A DNA stretch of 64,000 bases, from positions 49,664,001 to 49,728,000 of the forward strand of contig NC_086108.1 in NCBI RefSeq assembly GCF_963921235.1, in the 5' to 3' direction. Made by a program: the position numbers and the translations under genes. Within the stretch, counting starts at the first letter, position 1. Each line of letters starts with the position of its first letter. The notes under the pieces were generated by a model. That model was not told the DNA's origin and did not search any database. It worked only from the letters and a program-made list of their open reading frames with translations. This DNA comes from Mobula hypostoma. Taxonomy: Eukaryota. This document shows, in pieces, positions 45,444 to 58,545 of this stretch.

Positions 45444-48400
45444 GCATCACAACCACCGACTCTGCCTCAGAGTCAGTGTGCCCTTGCAGGCCGCAGCTGG
45501 AAGACAGCAATCATGCATGTGATAATGCACAGTCCAGCCAATTAGGGTTTCTTCTTAAATGTACAGTATTTAACTCCTTTCCTTTTGTTTCAGACTTGTC
45601 TGGTCTTGACCAAAGCATGGCAACATCACGCTCCCTGCGTCTCAGGAACAAAGACTAGCACTTTAGACAGACACTTTTAAGGAGATGTATAAACTCAGTT
45701 CATGATTACTGTTTTTGAGCAGTGAAGACGATGTGAATTTTTAGTTAATTTGAGAGCTTTTTTTAGTTAGTGGCCTCGTTGGCCTAGTGTTTAGTATTTT
45801 CTTTTGTTCTGTACAATCTTAATTATAACTATGAGTCACTCTGAGTCCACATCTCTCCCTCTGCATTTGGGGTATCACCAAGCTTGCACCAGCAGGACAT
45901 GACCACAAAAATGGACACAAAAAGAACAGTGGAAATTGGCCCTGAATGTTGTTGGTCAGGTACAAAAGAAGCTAAAGTCGGTGGAGGCAGGGTTGACAGA
46001 AGTGGCTCAGGCAGTACGACAACTACTCTCAGAGTGTCAAGCCCAGTCAAAACCAAATTTCATTGGTCATGTGGAGGAGAAGTTAAAATCAGTGGAGCTA
46101 GGTTGGCAGAAATGGCTCCCACACTGCAACATCAACTCTCAGAGCAGCAAGCATTGTCAAAGCAGGAAGAACAGTTGTCAGCACTCATAGTGACACCTGG
46201 CTGTCCAAAGTGAGTTCAGCAACTCACTACAAACAGCCAGACTCAGGTGGCAGCCATTACTACTCTCATTACTGCTGTTCAGCAGCTCTCTGCCCGAACT
46301 GTCTCACTTCCAGCACTGGTACCTCTCACATCCTCCTCTGCGGCAGTCTCATCAACATCAGTCATAAATGCTCCGATTTCCTTAGCTACTTCTGGACCTG
46401 AACCAAGCATTCCTCCACTAGACAGATACTACAATGTCCCCAGTGGCTGCGGGAACTTACTACCCAGTGTAAACTGACTTTCCAAGCCCAGCCAGGTCAG
46501 TTCAATGATAATGCACATTAACTGGCTTACGTGGTGAATCTCATAGACAGACGCCCATTCAGCCTGTTCAAAGCCCTACAAGAACAAGATTTCCCTGCAG
46601 CACAGTCTTTCCAGCAATTTGTAGTTAAATTCAGGAGAGTGTTTGATCTTCCAGTACAGGGTCAGGAGGCTGTCCACCAACTACTAGACTTGTAGCAAGG
46701 GAGAGGGACAGTGAGGGACTATGCAGTAAATTTCCGCACTCTTGTTGCTGAGACGGGGTAGAGTGAGAGATCCATCATCACTGGTTTCTAGCATGGGCTA
46801 AGCAGAGGGGTCCAGCATGTGATCACAGTGCATGATGAACAGGACAGCCTAGATGAACTAATAAATCTGGCCATTCGAACAGACAGTTGGGCAGCTGAGT
46901 GGCACAGAAGGTGAATGCCCAAGCCTCCTACTCTTTAGATCATTGCATTTCTTCACCCTCCCCCTTGTTACCCAGTACACAGACCATGGAGAGCCCATGC
47001 AGGTGGGGGGCCTGCACCTATTTCAGGAGGAATGAGATCTGTGTTAAGGGAACAGGTTTCTGCCACCACTGTGGCTGTCCAGGACACTTCCCAAGTGCCT
47101 AGTAAAAGAGGATATCGATCAGCAAGAAGGGAAATTCTTACAGGTCAATTCTCTCTGCAAGCACCTTCCTCTAATTAAGTAGTGCTCCCAGCTTCCCTGC
47201 CATGGGACACCTAGAGTGATGAGCTTCAGGCATTATTGACTCTGGGGCTGCTGGGAACCTCATGGATATCTGTCAGCCTCAAAGATGGGGAGCTCCCACT
47301 CAACAATTGAGAGAGAATATTTATGTCAAGGCTCTGGATCGTGGGCCTCTGGGCTCTGGCAGGATCTACCTTCCCACAATACTCCTCCAGCTTGTGCTAG
47401 AAGGCAACCATAGGGAACAGCTCTCCTTCTCTCCTTCTATCTTATTGATTGATCTGAACTGCCGCTGGTGCTTGGCCTTCCTCGGATATCTTGACAAACC
47501 CCATGGATCACTTGGTCCCCAAAGGAGCTCCAAGAGTGAGGACTGGCATGCCTGTTTACCTGTACTGGTTCCCTCCAGAGCCAACAGCTAGTGTGGACCT
47601 GTCTGGTGTGCCAGCTCAATATGCTGACCTTCTTGAGGTCTTCAGTAAGGAGAATGGTAGCTCCCTACCTCAACACTGGCATAAGACTGCGTCATTGACC
47701 TCCTGCCAGGTTCTATCATCCTCAAACAGTGGCCATGGAACAATACATCAAGAAGGCATTAGCTTTCTTGTCCAGTTCCCTCACCAGCAGGGGCAGGCTT
47801 CCATTTTGTCAAGAAGAAGCCTCCTTCCCTACATTGATTATCCCTACATCAATTGAACCATTGAACTATTTAACTATTATCAGCCCCTCAGCAACATCAT
47901 GGCAAGAAACCACTGCTCTTTACCCCTGCTTGCCTCTGCACTTGAACATCTCCATGCAGAAACTACAGCATATTCTCTAAGACAGATCTGTGCACCACTT
48001 ACAACATGGTTCGCATCTGAGAAGGGGACAAGTGGAAGACCACATTCAACACCTCCACCGGCTAGTAGGAGTATCTCGTGATGCCATTTGGTCTGGCCAA
48101 CATTCTGCTGTTTTTCAGATCCTGGTCAACAATGTGCTCTGGGACACTTTGAATCAGTTTGTTTTTGTGTATTGGAACTAAACACTTTCTATTCCAACTC
48201 TCGCCAGAAACTCATCCAGCATGTCCGGAGGGTTCTCAGGCAGCTCCTCGAGAACAACCTTTATGCCAAGCCAGAGAAGTTTGGGTTTCACAAAGAGCAG
48301 GTGTCATTCCTCAACCCTTCCAGTCTTCAAATGGACACATATAAAGTTCAGGCAATCACAGAATGGCCCAAACCATCTACGGTCAAACAGGTGAAGGGCT

Positions 48401-48650
48401 TCATTGGGTTTGCAAACCTTTATCACTGCTTCATCTGAAACCTCAGTTCCATCGCAGCTCCCATAAATGCACTCCCCAATAAGACCTCTGCAGGATCTCT
48501 TTGTACAAATGAAACAGACTAAGCATTCTCAGAGCTAAGGTGATGCTTGACTACTGGCCCAGTGCTGCAACATTCAAGATATCCATGACTTAGTCAGTGC
48601 CTGTTCCATTTGTGCACAGATTAAGATGTCACGTCAATGCCAAAATGGCT
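45444..48650 (+). mobile_element. Decayed Ty3/Gypsy (sushi/chromovirus-like) element: 5' LTR, gag, protease, RT
   Basis: LTR-like segment about 45444-45900. Gag FRRVFDLP..QG..TVRDYAVNFRTL; CCHC CHHCGCPGHF; protease attgactctggggctgctgggaac (IDSGAAGN); RT MPFGLAN..FQILVNNVL..FVFVY; LYAKPEKF.FH..; QAITEWPKPSTVKQV.GFIGFANLY. Confidence 0.88.
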
Positions 48651-50834
48651 GCCCTCTGATCAGTGATTCCCATAGCTACTGACCCACATCAGATGATCAG
48701 CCCATAGTTTCGTGCTAGCAAGTCCCAGTATAGAATAGGATTGAATCATCACAGCAGCTGGCAGCCACTCTGCATCTGGTGAAATCTATAATTCCATACG
48801 CAGATAAAGAATAGATGATGGATAAAATTGTAAGACCTTCCAGTGAGTTGCAAATGAATATGGAAGTTGTAGATGGTTCCTTTCAGCTTACTTGACTTGA
48901 TAAGATTACTTAGTTTTATTGTTGTTATGTATGGTGTTGAGGATGGCATGGACTGGCTTGACCACATAAAGGGTCTGAACAGATTTTTTTTTACTCCACA
49001 GAATAATTTATCGCCTACCCATCAGATAGTCTGAAGAGGTAGCTTTCTGCCCTGAAGTGTCCTGAATAGGGTAAATAGAAAGGACCCATTTTATTTAGTA
49101 AAGGGAATGAAAATCTGGAATGCCTAAACTCTAAGAAAAGTGTGGAAGAATTAGGAAGAGAGGTAGGGATCTGGACAAGTGAGAGTGTAGAAACCCTTGT
49201 TACATTTACAAAGTACCCGTGACCTACAAGACTGCAGGCTCAGTACTGCATAGTGAGATGGAACTGGAGAGCTCTTTTACAACATGAATATGATGGACTA
49301 AATGGCCTCCTGCAACAGAAACTTTCCTCAATTCTATGATTCTAAAGCCTTAGATTTTTTAGAGCAATAAATTTTATAGCTGAAGCAGGAACAACAGAGA
49401 TGCTGATTCACTCAGTTGCAATGAACTATAAAACTCTACAGCATGTTATTTGCCTCCTTCCTCTCCTTAAAAGGCAAACATAATTAGTGGGATTTATAAT
49501 ATCTACAGTTTATCCAAATGAGAAAAAGGATACTGGCCCCAGAGATGTTTACAGAGTCATTACTCATTAAGCACGGCAAGCATGAATCATGCAATGTACA
49601 TTTTCCACTTGGGTTTATGCCTAATCAGAAAACTGAGGGTATGTATTCAAAAGTATGATAAAGTCCCAGCTACAGGAAGGTTAACCATTATCTTATGCAA
49701 GTTCGCAATGGGGACATTACAGCATTTCACTGTGCTTCACAATGGTTGTACAGTTCAGCACAGTGCAGATGGTTTCCCTGGAGATGAGATGGTTCATCAG
49801 AACTGAAAGGATCATTGTCAGGCTTTGGAAAGAATTACTGCACAATTTTAGGAAGCAGAAAGCAATGACATTTTAACTCATTCCACCTCAAAGCAGAATG
49901 CCAAAGATCAAGTTTCAAAAGACAGCAGATCCCGGGTCATTTGGTAACTCTGAATCCAAGATAGTTAATCAAAAGTAAAAAGGGCAAAGACAGGTATATG
50001 CAGCCAGCTCACAGGTCACTCAGAACCTCATTAAATGCACATCAGATTCCCAAGGGCTAAATGATCTGCTCAGGACTTCATGATTCAAAGTCAGCTCCCC
50101 TCAGGACACTGAAAGCAGGTTAAGGCTTAAACGTCGTTTGAGTTTTGGAGCATCTTCCAGTCAGAGAGACAAAGATTCAGATAGTAGCATTGCAAAGGTC
50201 ATCCAGCCCAGGGAAGTTCATGGAGTTAGAGAGAGCATCTCAGGGGGAGGAGGAGAAAACAAAGCAGGTTACACATTTGACTAGTGGGACAACAGGATGT
50301 CATTTTTCGAAGGTGGGTGAGCATTAATGCTCCTCCTGGCTCCACTGGATTTGGTTTATTTGTTTTGAGCATCTGCAGCAAAGCCTTTCAGGACTGTTAG
50401 ATTGATCTTTAATAGGAGTCAAATAATATTGTGTTTATTCAGTGGTTATTAAAATTCTCTCAGCTGGAATACCATGTAAAACGTCATTCCAGATGCTTTC
50501 CTATATACTCACTAATGTGACAGACAATAATCCAAATCCCAGAGTTTGATACAGTTAATAGTTTACATGTACGGCATTGTAATATTATAGTCTGATAAAG
50601 GAAACACAATTCAATAGGCAACTCTGTCTGAGTTACACAGTTAAGTATCTCAAAAAAATTACAGTCCTGATCAGAAGGGTGGCCACTTAAGGAGTAACGA
50701 ACCGACAGGTTGCAAGAAGTTGTAGATAAAATATGATTTGGATTTTATGATTTGCACCCATAAAATAAAGAACCAACTAACAGCTTATACTTGTGACTAA
50801 AGCTCTCTGTTCAATAAATAGAAAGCACAGCCAA

Positions 50835-50940
50835 ATAGACATAGGCATAGACATACTTTATTGATCCCGAGGGAAATTGAGTTTCGTTACGGCTGCACCA
50901 ACCAAGAATAGAGCATAAATACAGAAATACAAAACCATCA
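50835..50940 (-). mobile_element. Rex1 3' tail fragment
   Basis: catactttattgatcccgagggaaattg...accaaccaagaatagagcataaat is the reverse complement of the 3' end of 36493-37261. Confidence 0.8.
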
Positions 50941-51089
50941 ACCAAACTGGCACAAAGGATCATGAAGTTTTGAGCAAAAATTACAACCGCTACAAATTAT
51001 GTTTTATGTTGTAATTTAAAATACTGTGTTAGAACCACCAATTAATAAGATCTTATTTCAGCATCACTTCCCTGTATCCTCCACTTTCT

Positions 51090-51315
51090 TCTTGCAGGCT
51101 TGTGGATTTTCTCCAGATGCTCCACTTTCCTCCTGTACCCTTAAGATGTTCTGATTGAGAGGTTAATGGGTCGCTGTAAGTTAACCACGTGCGCTGTAGG
51201 TGGGTAGCAAGTGAATCAGGACACGTGAGAGAAAATTGCTTCCAGGGAGAATGGGGTTGACTAAGTCGATCTGAGACTCTACATGAATTCGATGGGCTGA
51301 ATGGTCTACTTTGGA
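51090..51315 (+). mobile_element. V-SINE fragment (decayed)
   Basis: gtggattttctccagatgctccactttcctcc...gatgggctgaatggtct. Confidence 0.6.
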
Positions 51316-51408
51316 GCAATGCAATGAAAATGGAATTGTTTGATTTCTCAGATGAGGTAGAATTTGTTAGATACATCTAGGAGGGTTTCTTGACATGGTA
51401 TGTAGATA

Positions 51409-51985
51409 CAGACATCCCACTCATTTCAGGGAGGTAGCACCATCAATTTGCAGGAGACTCCCGGAACTTCCAGGATAGGTGGGATGTCTGCAATGGCTCC
51501 TTAGCAGCTAGCCAGCTAGCTTAAATAATGTTAGATATGCTAATGAATGAATGACACCTGTTAAACTCACCTCAACATGTCTTTTACAGTCTTAACCCAC
51601 CATGGGCAATAGAAAAGTCACTGTTACAAACAGTGCAACGAGCAACACTGTCATTATTTTTAACCGCTATTAGGCAGGGGTACACTTCAGTGTAGCCTGG
51701 GGTGATGTATGTTTTATATTTTCTTTTTTTGGACCACTCCGCCATGGCGCTCTTTCTTTCTCTCTCTCTATCGTGCGCACTCTCACGCTCTCTCGCGCTT
51801 TCTCTAGCTTCTCTCTCTCACTCTCGCATACTCTCTCTTGCTCTCTCTCTCTCCTCCCCTCCCCACCGCTTGCTCGCTCTCAAAAAAATTGATTTCCGGG
51901 ATATTGCATATAATTTGCAGGGATCAGGGAGCCGCTATCAATATGCAGGAGACTCCCGGAACTTCTGGGAGAGGTGGGATGTCTG
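51409..51985 (-). mobile_element. Second copy of the cagacatccc-TIR transposon family
   Basis: TIRs cagacatcccac / gtgggatgtctg. TSD tagata (51403-51408) / aagata (51986-51991). 51495-51750 is nearly identical to 32985-33240. Confidence 0.88.
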
Positions 51986-52097
51986 AAGATAATGCAACCA
52001 CAAAAAGGGGTCATTCTGGAACTTATCTTGGCACGTGTACCTTGTCAGATGATCAGAGTTTCAATGGGAGAGCATTTTCAAAACCGTGATAACGGTA

Positions 52098-52630
52098 GAG
52101 TACTGTACAAAAGTCTTAGGCACATATCTTATAGCTAGGGTGCCTAAGACTTTTGCACAGTACTGTAGTAATGTTATGTATTGCTCTGCACTGCTGCTGC
52201 TGCAAAAAATCATAACACATGTGAATGATGATAAACCTGATTCTGATATGGGTCTCTGTTATGGTCTGAGAGTAAGAAGGGGGCAGGGAGAGGGAATAAT
52301 GTTTGGGTATAGGGGAAGGGAGAAGGAAAAGAGTGGGAGGCACCAGAGAGACATTCTGTAATGATCAATAAACCAATTGTTTGGAATCAAATGACTTTGT
52401 CTAGTGTGTCAGGGCCAGGTGTCTCTGCACCCGCACCACCCCCCACCCCTGACAAAGTGTCACCTGTCCCACACTCCTCCCGTGGCGCTCCATCCTCACC
52501 ATTCCCAACATCTTCTGCTCCTGCCAGATTTACAAAGTCGCTCTCTGCTCCAATTGACAAATATAGTACTGTCTAAGGCACACACACATACATATCTATC
52601 TATATATATCTAAGACTTTGCACAATACTG
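52098..52630. mobile_element. Tc1/mariner-type MITE composite (two short TIR palindromes bracketing about 400 bp)
   Basis: ta|gagtactgtacaaaagtcttaggcac...gtgcctaagacttttgcacagtactg|ta (52098-52165). A degenerate second palindrome at about 52565-52630 ends taagactttgcacaatactg|ta. Confidence 0.7.
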
Positions 52631-52639
52631 TAAGTCATT

Positions 52640-54315
52640 GGATATTTATGGATAAAGATAAGACTAGACTTAGGGAGAAAGTGCAAAATTGGAGAAAGGC
52701 TTATTACAACATTAGACAAACACTGGGGAGAATAGATTAGGAGTGGTTATTATTAGGCAAGTCCATATTAACATGTCACTTAAAGGCAGCTGGTTAGAAT
52801 TCAGGACCTGTGTGTTCCTCTGAGAAAGAAAGACAAGATAGCAAGGTTCAAGAACTTTGGATAGCAAGAAATGTAAATTTAGTTTCAAAAGACAAAGAAG
52901 TTTATGTAATGTTTAAGAAACTGAAATTAGACAAGGCTTTTGAGGAAGGCCTTAAAGGAAGCAAGAGAGAATTTAAAAGAATCAGAAGGGCTAAACGTTT
53001 CCATGAAATGCCCTTGGCAAGTGGGATTTAGGGAATCCCAAGGTATTATTTTACACATATTCAAACAAAGGGGCAATTAAGGAGAGGGTAGGACCACTCA
53101 AGGACAAAGGAAGGAATTTATGCCAGGAGCCACAGGAAATAGGCAGGATACTAATTAAGTACTTAATTAGTTTTCACCAAGGAGGATTACATGGAGAATA
53201 TAGAGAGCAGGAAAGGGTATGCTGATATTCTAGGGTACGCTGATATCAAGAAGAAGGAGGTGTTGGGGCTCATTAAAAGCATTAAGGTGGCTCTACAGGG
53301 CTTGAAGGAATCTATCTTGCAGAGCTATTGAGAGAGGCAAGAGAGGATATTGCTAGGGCTTGACAGAGATCTTTGTATCCTCTCTAGCACACTTGAGGTT
53401 CCAGAGGACCAGACAATAGCCAATGTTGTTGGCTACAGAGATGATCTAGTCCAAAGTTCTAAGTAAAATTTATTATCAGAGTACCTACATGTAACCACAT
53501 ATGACCCTGAGATTCTTTTTCTGCAAGCATGCTTAGCAGATCTACAGAGTAGTAACTGTAAACATCAGGAACTGTTAACTGTAAACAAATACAGAGACAA
53601 ATAAATAGCAATAAATAGTGAGCATGAAATAGCAATATAACAGAGCCTCGGTGGTGAGGATCTTTGATGATGGACGCTGCTTTTCGATGACATTCCAAAC
53701 TTCCACCGGCTCCTGAGGACACGGAGACGCTGTTACGCTTTCTTTTCAAAAATATTTATATGATGGGTCCAGAACGGGTCCTCTGAGATAATGACACCCA
53801 GGAATTTAAAGTTACTGACCCTCTCCAGCTCTGATCCTCCGATGATTACTGGCTCATGGACCCCTGGCTTCCCCCTGCTGAAGTCTACAATCAGTTCCTT
53901 GCTTTTGTTCACATTGAGTGAGAGGTTATTGTTATGACATCACTCAATCAAATTTTCAATGTCCCTCTTGTATGCTGCTCCATCACCCCCTTTGAAACAG
54001 CCCGCAACAGTGGAGTCGTCAACGAACTTGAATATGGAGTTGGAGCTGTTCTTAGCCACACAGTCAATGGTGTAAAGTGAGTAGACCAGTAGGGTCAAAT
54101 CAGGGAATTAAAGGTCAGTAAGTCTCATATTAGCGGAAGGAAAGTTATTTCCCAAGATTCTTAAGGATAAGATCTATTTGAGCTTACAAAAGCACAGACT
54201 TATTAGAAAAATAGCTTTGTGTAGGGATTGAGTGCTTCGAAGAGTTGACAAAGATAACTGATTAGGGGAGGGCAATGGATGTTGTACACATGGACTTTTG
54301 TAAACCTTTTGACAG
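52640..54315 (+). mobile_element. Decayed CR1 ORF2 (continuing from about 51330), interrupted by Rex1 at 53452-54090
   Basis: agagggtaggaccactcaaggacaaagg; gaggttccagaggaccagacaatagccaatgttgtt; ggatgttgtacacatggacttttgtaaaccttttgac. Confidence 0.75.
53452..54090 (-). mobile_element. Rex1/Babar LINE fragment (RT core plus 3' tail, internally deleted)
   Basis: Minus strand PLLVYSLYTIDCVAKNSSNSIFKFVDDSTVAG..DGAAYKRDIENL. Confidence 0.8.
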
Positions 54316-56289
54316 CACCAACCTAATTTTCATATACAAATTGTGTAGATTATTCTTTACTTACTAGCTCTTGGCAATAGGAGTTAATTGTTGAATTCAC
54401 CAGAAAAGTAGACCATTACAAAATATGTCTATTACCCCAACATTTCAGTCATGGTGCCAACTTGGTATAAATATAAATCTTCCTTATGTGCCTGTTTTAA
54501 GAATTTTAGGTTTGGACTCTTCCTGTACATGGGACAAGTTAGGTTCTCCTGAGGTACCTGACAATTCCTTGTACAGTGTGGGAGGTATCTTTTCAGAGCT
54601 TTTTTTATTACTTGCCAACAGACTGATTCTGCTGTGCTGGCTGAAGATACTGCAACACGCATTTCATCAGCATCCAGCCACTTCCCATACTCAAAACAAT
54701 CCAAATCAGAGGGCAGACACCCACTACACCCTACCTGAATATTCACAATTCAGGTAAACCTTCCAAGTTCAGCAGGATCCAAATAAATACTTCAAATGCC
54801 AAATTTCTGGAGTGAAATCTCTCATAAAATGAAAATCTAGTCCACTGCCTGCTAATCTCAATCATTAACATTACATAAATAATTACTAACAGTAAACACA
54901 AATAACTTCATGAGTCACATGTTTATTAAAACATCAAAGAAGAACTGATCACAGCAAAAGGAAATAAAGTCTAATTAACCTTTGTTGTTCAATCAATGAA
55001 ATGCATTTTTTGCAATTTCTTTTCCTCAAGGAATTGCATAACAATAAGGAGACTTTACAAGCAAAACAAGCCAGGTGATCTCTTTGAACACAAAGAAATC
55101 AGTTGATAAATCAAATCTAAGATTACTGAGGATATTGCCTTTATCATACACAACGTTTATCTATGCACCACTTAATGGATCACTGAGCTCCACGACCTGT
55201 TTGATCAGTATCTTTTGTATTCAATTTTGAAAACAATGTAATTCAGTTTTGTCAGGATCAAATATTGAATAAGGTGAAATTTGTCATTTTTACACCCATA
55301 TCCTCTTGTTCAAAAATCACATTTAAAACTTTATAGTCTGGTTTTATCCAAGTTATTCAGGTCAACATCTTAGGCACATAGGCTTTGATCCATCTCAGTC
55401 CTCTCTTCTGCAGTAAAAACCCAGATTAGTGGATCATGCAAAATTTAGCTATGATATAGAATCAATGTAATTGTTCTCGTTCAAAGGCTTTACCTTCTGT
55501 TTAATTTCCCACATCTTGAAGGGTGAGGAAATAATCATATCTTTAGTCTTTATCATGCAAGTTGCTTCTTATTCAGCCATGCAACACACTTCCATGAGAA
55601 TGAAACTTGTTTAACATGAAGGCCTTTGTATCTGAGGGCAAAGCATCATGGGGGCCTCAGACTAAAACCAACGAGAACTTAAGGGCAGATTGAAAAGTCA
55701 GATGGCTAGTTCTAAATTTAGCTGCAGCAAGATTATGAGTAAATACTTTATTCACTTTGTTCTCATCTTCACTGATAAAAAAAATCGTGTTGAGATCTCA
55801 ATTTAATCTATACTTCTCATGTTCTATGAGACAAAGGTTCTATGAGACATTTATTTCTCATCCTCCAGTGGTAATAAGTGTGTTTCTGGGACTCTTGTCG
55901 TTAATGATATCTTATTTTGGCACTGGGCTTCTTTAGTATTGTCTTTTCACCCTCTGGGTGAGTAATGAACACTTGTGAATGGTGGACAGAGTCAGCAGGA
56001 GTGTCACACTGTCCCCAGTTCTCATAGCCATGGTATCACGCAGCTCCAATTAGTTTTGCGGTCAATTGCCTGGACGATAATATTGGAGCTCTTGGCAAAG
56101 CCAATAACTAAGGCTAGGAAGAGGTGGTTGGGGTTTAATTGTCACAGACATTACTTGCCATCTCAACCCTACCCAATTATTGCCCAAACCCTGATGTACA
56201 GTAGGTGATTGTAAACTGATTCATTAGCATTGGAATCAGACTCTGCAGCAGTTAATGAACAACTTGAAAGGAGCAGCTTATAAAGGAGC

Positions 56290-56510
56290 ATCCCTCCCAT
56301 CTTCTTAGTTTGACCCTCCCCTCACCTGATCTCACCCCACCAACTTTTACTCCATCCCATCCCCACCCACACCTTCTTGTTTCTGCCCCATCCTTTGGCC
56401 TGAAACATTGACTGATTAGTCCTGCCCGTACTGCTTACCTTGCTGAATTCCTCTGGAATTGTGTGTGTTGCTCTGGATTTGCAGCATTTGCGAAATCTCT
56501 TGTGTTTGCA
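56290..56510 (+). mobile_element. PLE terminal fragment
   Basis: Pyrimidine tract followed by ggcctgaaacattgactg...gtgtgtgttgctctggatttgcagcatttgcgaaatctcttgtgttt. Confidence 0.7.
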
Positions 56511-56689
56511 GCTGGGTTGGAAACACAGCGTTGAGAAACTCTTACAGCAATACATGGGGGCTGTGCTGACAAAAACCAACTTCCTATGACACCAGCCACT
56601 GGAAGGTTGCTCTTTGGACTCCCATGTAGAATAGACTTCTTCCAGTCTGCAATGTGGTTCTGAACTAACTAAAAAGATAATCAAATGCC

Positions 56690-57400
56690 CAACTAAACTA
56701 TTCCCTTCTGCCTGTACAATATCCCATATCCTTCCATTCCTGCACATTCACATGCCTTAGAGAGTCTTGAACCTCATTTGCCTCCACCACCACCCCAGGC
56801 ACCCAGCACTCACTGTGTAAAAAAAAACTTGACCACGGTACATTTCTTTTGAACATACTTTAAATAAAGGGAAAAAGATACTCCCTGTCTAATCTAACTA
56901 TACCTCTCATCATCTTAAAAACCTCTATCAGATCTCCCCTCTGTCTCCACTGCTCCAGAGAAAACAACCTAAGCTTGTCCAACCTCTTATCATGGCACAT
57001 ACCCTCTAATCCAAGCAGCATTCTGGGAAGTCTCTTCTGCAACCCCCCCCCCCCAAGTCTCAACCTCCTCCCTATAAAGGGACAACTTGTAGTGAATACA
57101 ATATTCCATCTGCAGCCTAGCTAAGCTTTATATAGCTGCAATCTTGGCCCAAAACATTGACTGTTTACTCTTTTCCACAGATGTTGCCTGGCCTGCTGAG
57201 TTCCTCCAGCATTTTGTGTGTGTTCCTGACTCTTATACTCAGCTCCTCCAGTACTGAAGCCAAACATGCCTTATGCCTTCTCTACCACTCTATACCATGT
57301 GTAGCCACTTTCAGAGAGCTATGGACCCCAAGATCCCTCTGTACATCAACACTGTTAAGGGTCTTACTATTGATCTACTTCCCACTCTGTCCTTTGCCAG
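56690..57400 (-). mobile_element. CR1 3' fragment with an inserted short PLE piece (57142-57223, plus strand)
   Basis: ORF 56860-57063 RLDKLRLFSLEQWRQRGDLIEVFKMMRG. Insert tcttggcccaaaacattgactg...cattttgtgtgtg. Confidence 0.8.
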
Positions 57401-58545
57401 TCCTTTATGTTACCTAAAACACAACTAATGTTTGTATCATACCATTTATTTCAGTCTTTTTATTTTCCCAGCCTTGTACGGCAAGGCTCTTCACCTTTAA
57501 TCGGAGAACAGTGCTCACTCGGAAGCTCCAAGAATGAATGTATTCCCCAAGCTTTTATTGGCTTAACAGGTGGATGTTTTCACTGCATAGCTTGTCAGAA
57601 GCAATCGATTATCTAAGTAAGTAAGACAGATTTCAAATTTTAGGTGATCATAAATGCCTAGTACAAAAGCAAACGTGTTGAATTTTTTGACTCTGCCAAT
57701 CTCTCAAAATCTCCCTTTGCATTACGTGCACCTTCAGAGCAATCAGACTTGGGTTCAATTCACTCTATTTGAAAGTCTGGCAATGTTCTTGGAAGGTAAT
57801 GTGGTAACTCACAGCACTACACAATGGCAAATTTAAAGGCTACAATTTCACGCGTATTATGTTATTTCTCAGTTTTATTTCCTGAAATATGCCACCTATT
57901 CTTTGATCTATGAACATGACTAGATTTCTGCTCTCTTGATAAGGGTAGAGGCAAAAAAGAGAAATTATAAGCATTTTAAAGCATGTTTCTACTTAGATTA
58001 AATAATTTCCAGAATACCTTAGGGTGCTGGGGAGGGGAAAAAAGGGTTTAGATAGATTGCCAGGATACATTGGCAACATTACTCTGCTGACGTGTTGCCA
58101 GACACTCAAACACTGGATAAGCAACCAGCCAGCAAATGCATTACTTCAAAGGTATGTTCATTCATTATGAAGGGAACATCCCAAAGCAATAACAGCAGTG
58201 GCAAGTTAGCAGAGACAAAACTGTTGATAATACCTAACTCCAACCCCTGTGGTCATCCTGTGAGTATCCAGAGGGACAGGTTAAATTAAAATAATTAATC
58301 AATCTGCCAGTGACGGCAAAAGAAATTTTTAGCCATAGTGTCCCATTTGAGGTGGGTTGGTGTTCACTTGAATAACCATGTGGTTTAGAACTCAGGAGGA
58401 AAGATTGTTGGAACAGATGACATAGTGGATGAAAGCAGAGAGAAAGCACGATCTATTAACTGACAGACCCATGCAGCCAAACAGATGGATCACCATACTG
58501 GAAAATACTTGTATTATCTACCCAACTAGCCTAGCATATATCTTA

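Noticed and set aside
54432..54746. 104-aa Cys-containing minus-strand ORF (and overlapping 110-aa plus-strand ORF) as an exon
   Set aside because: No recognisable domain, non-ATG start on minus, and no convincing acceptor/donor pair. It cannot be supported without a search.
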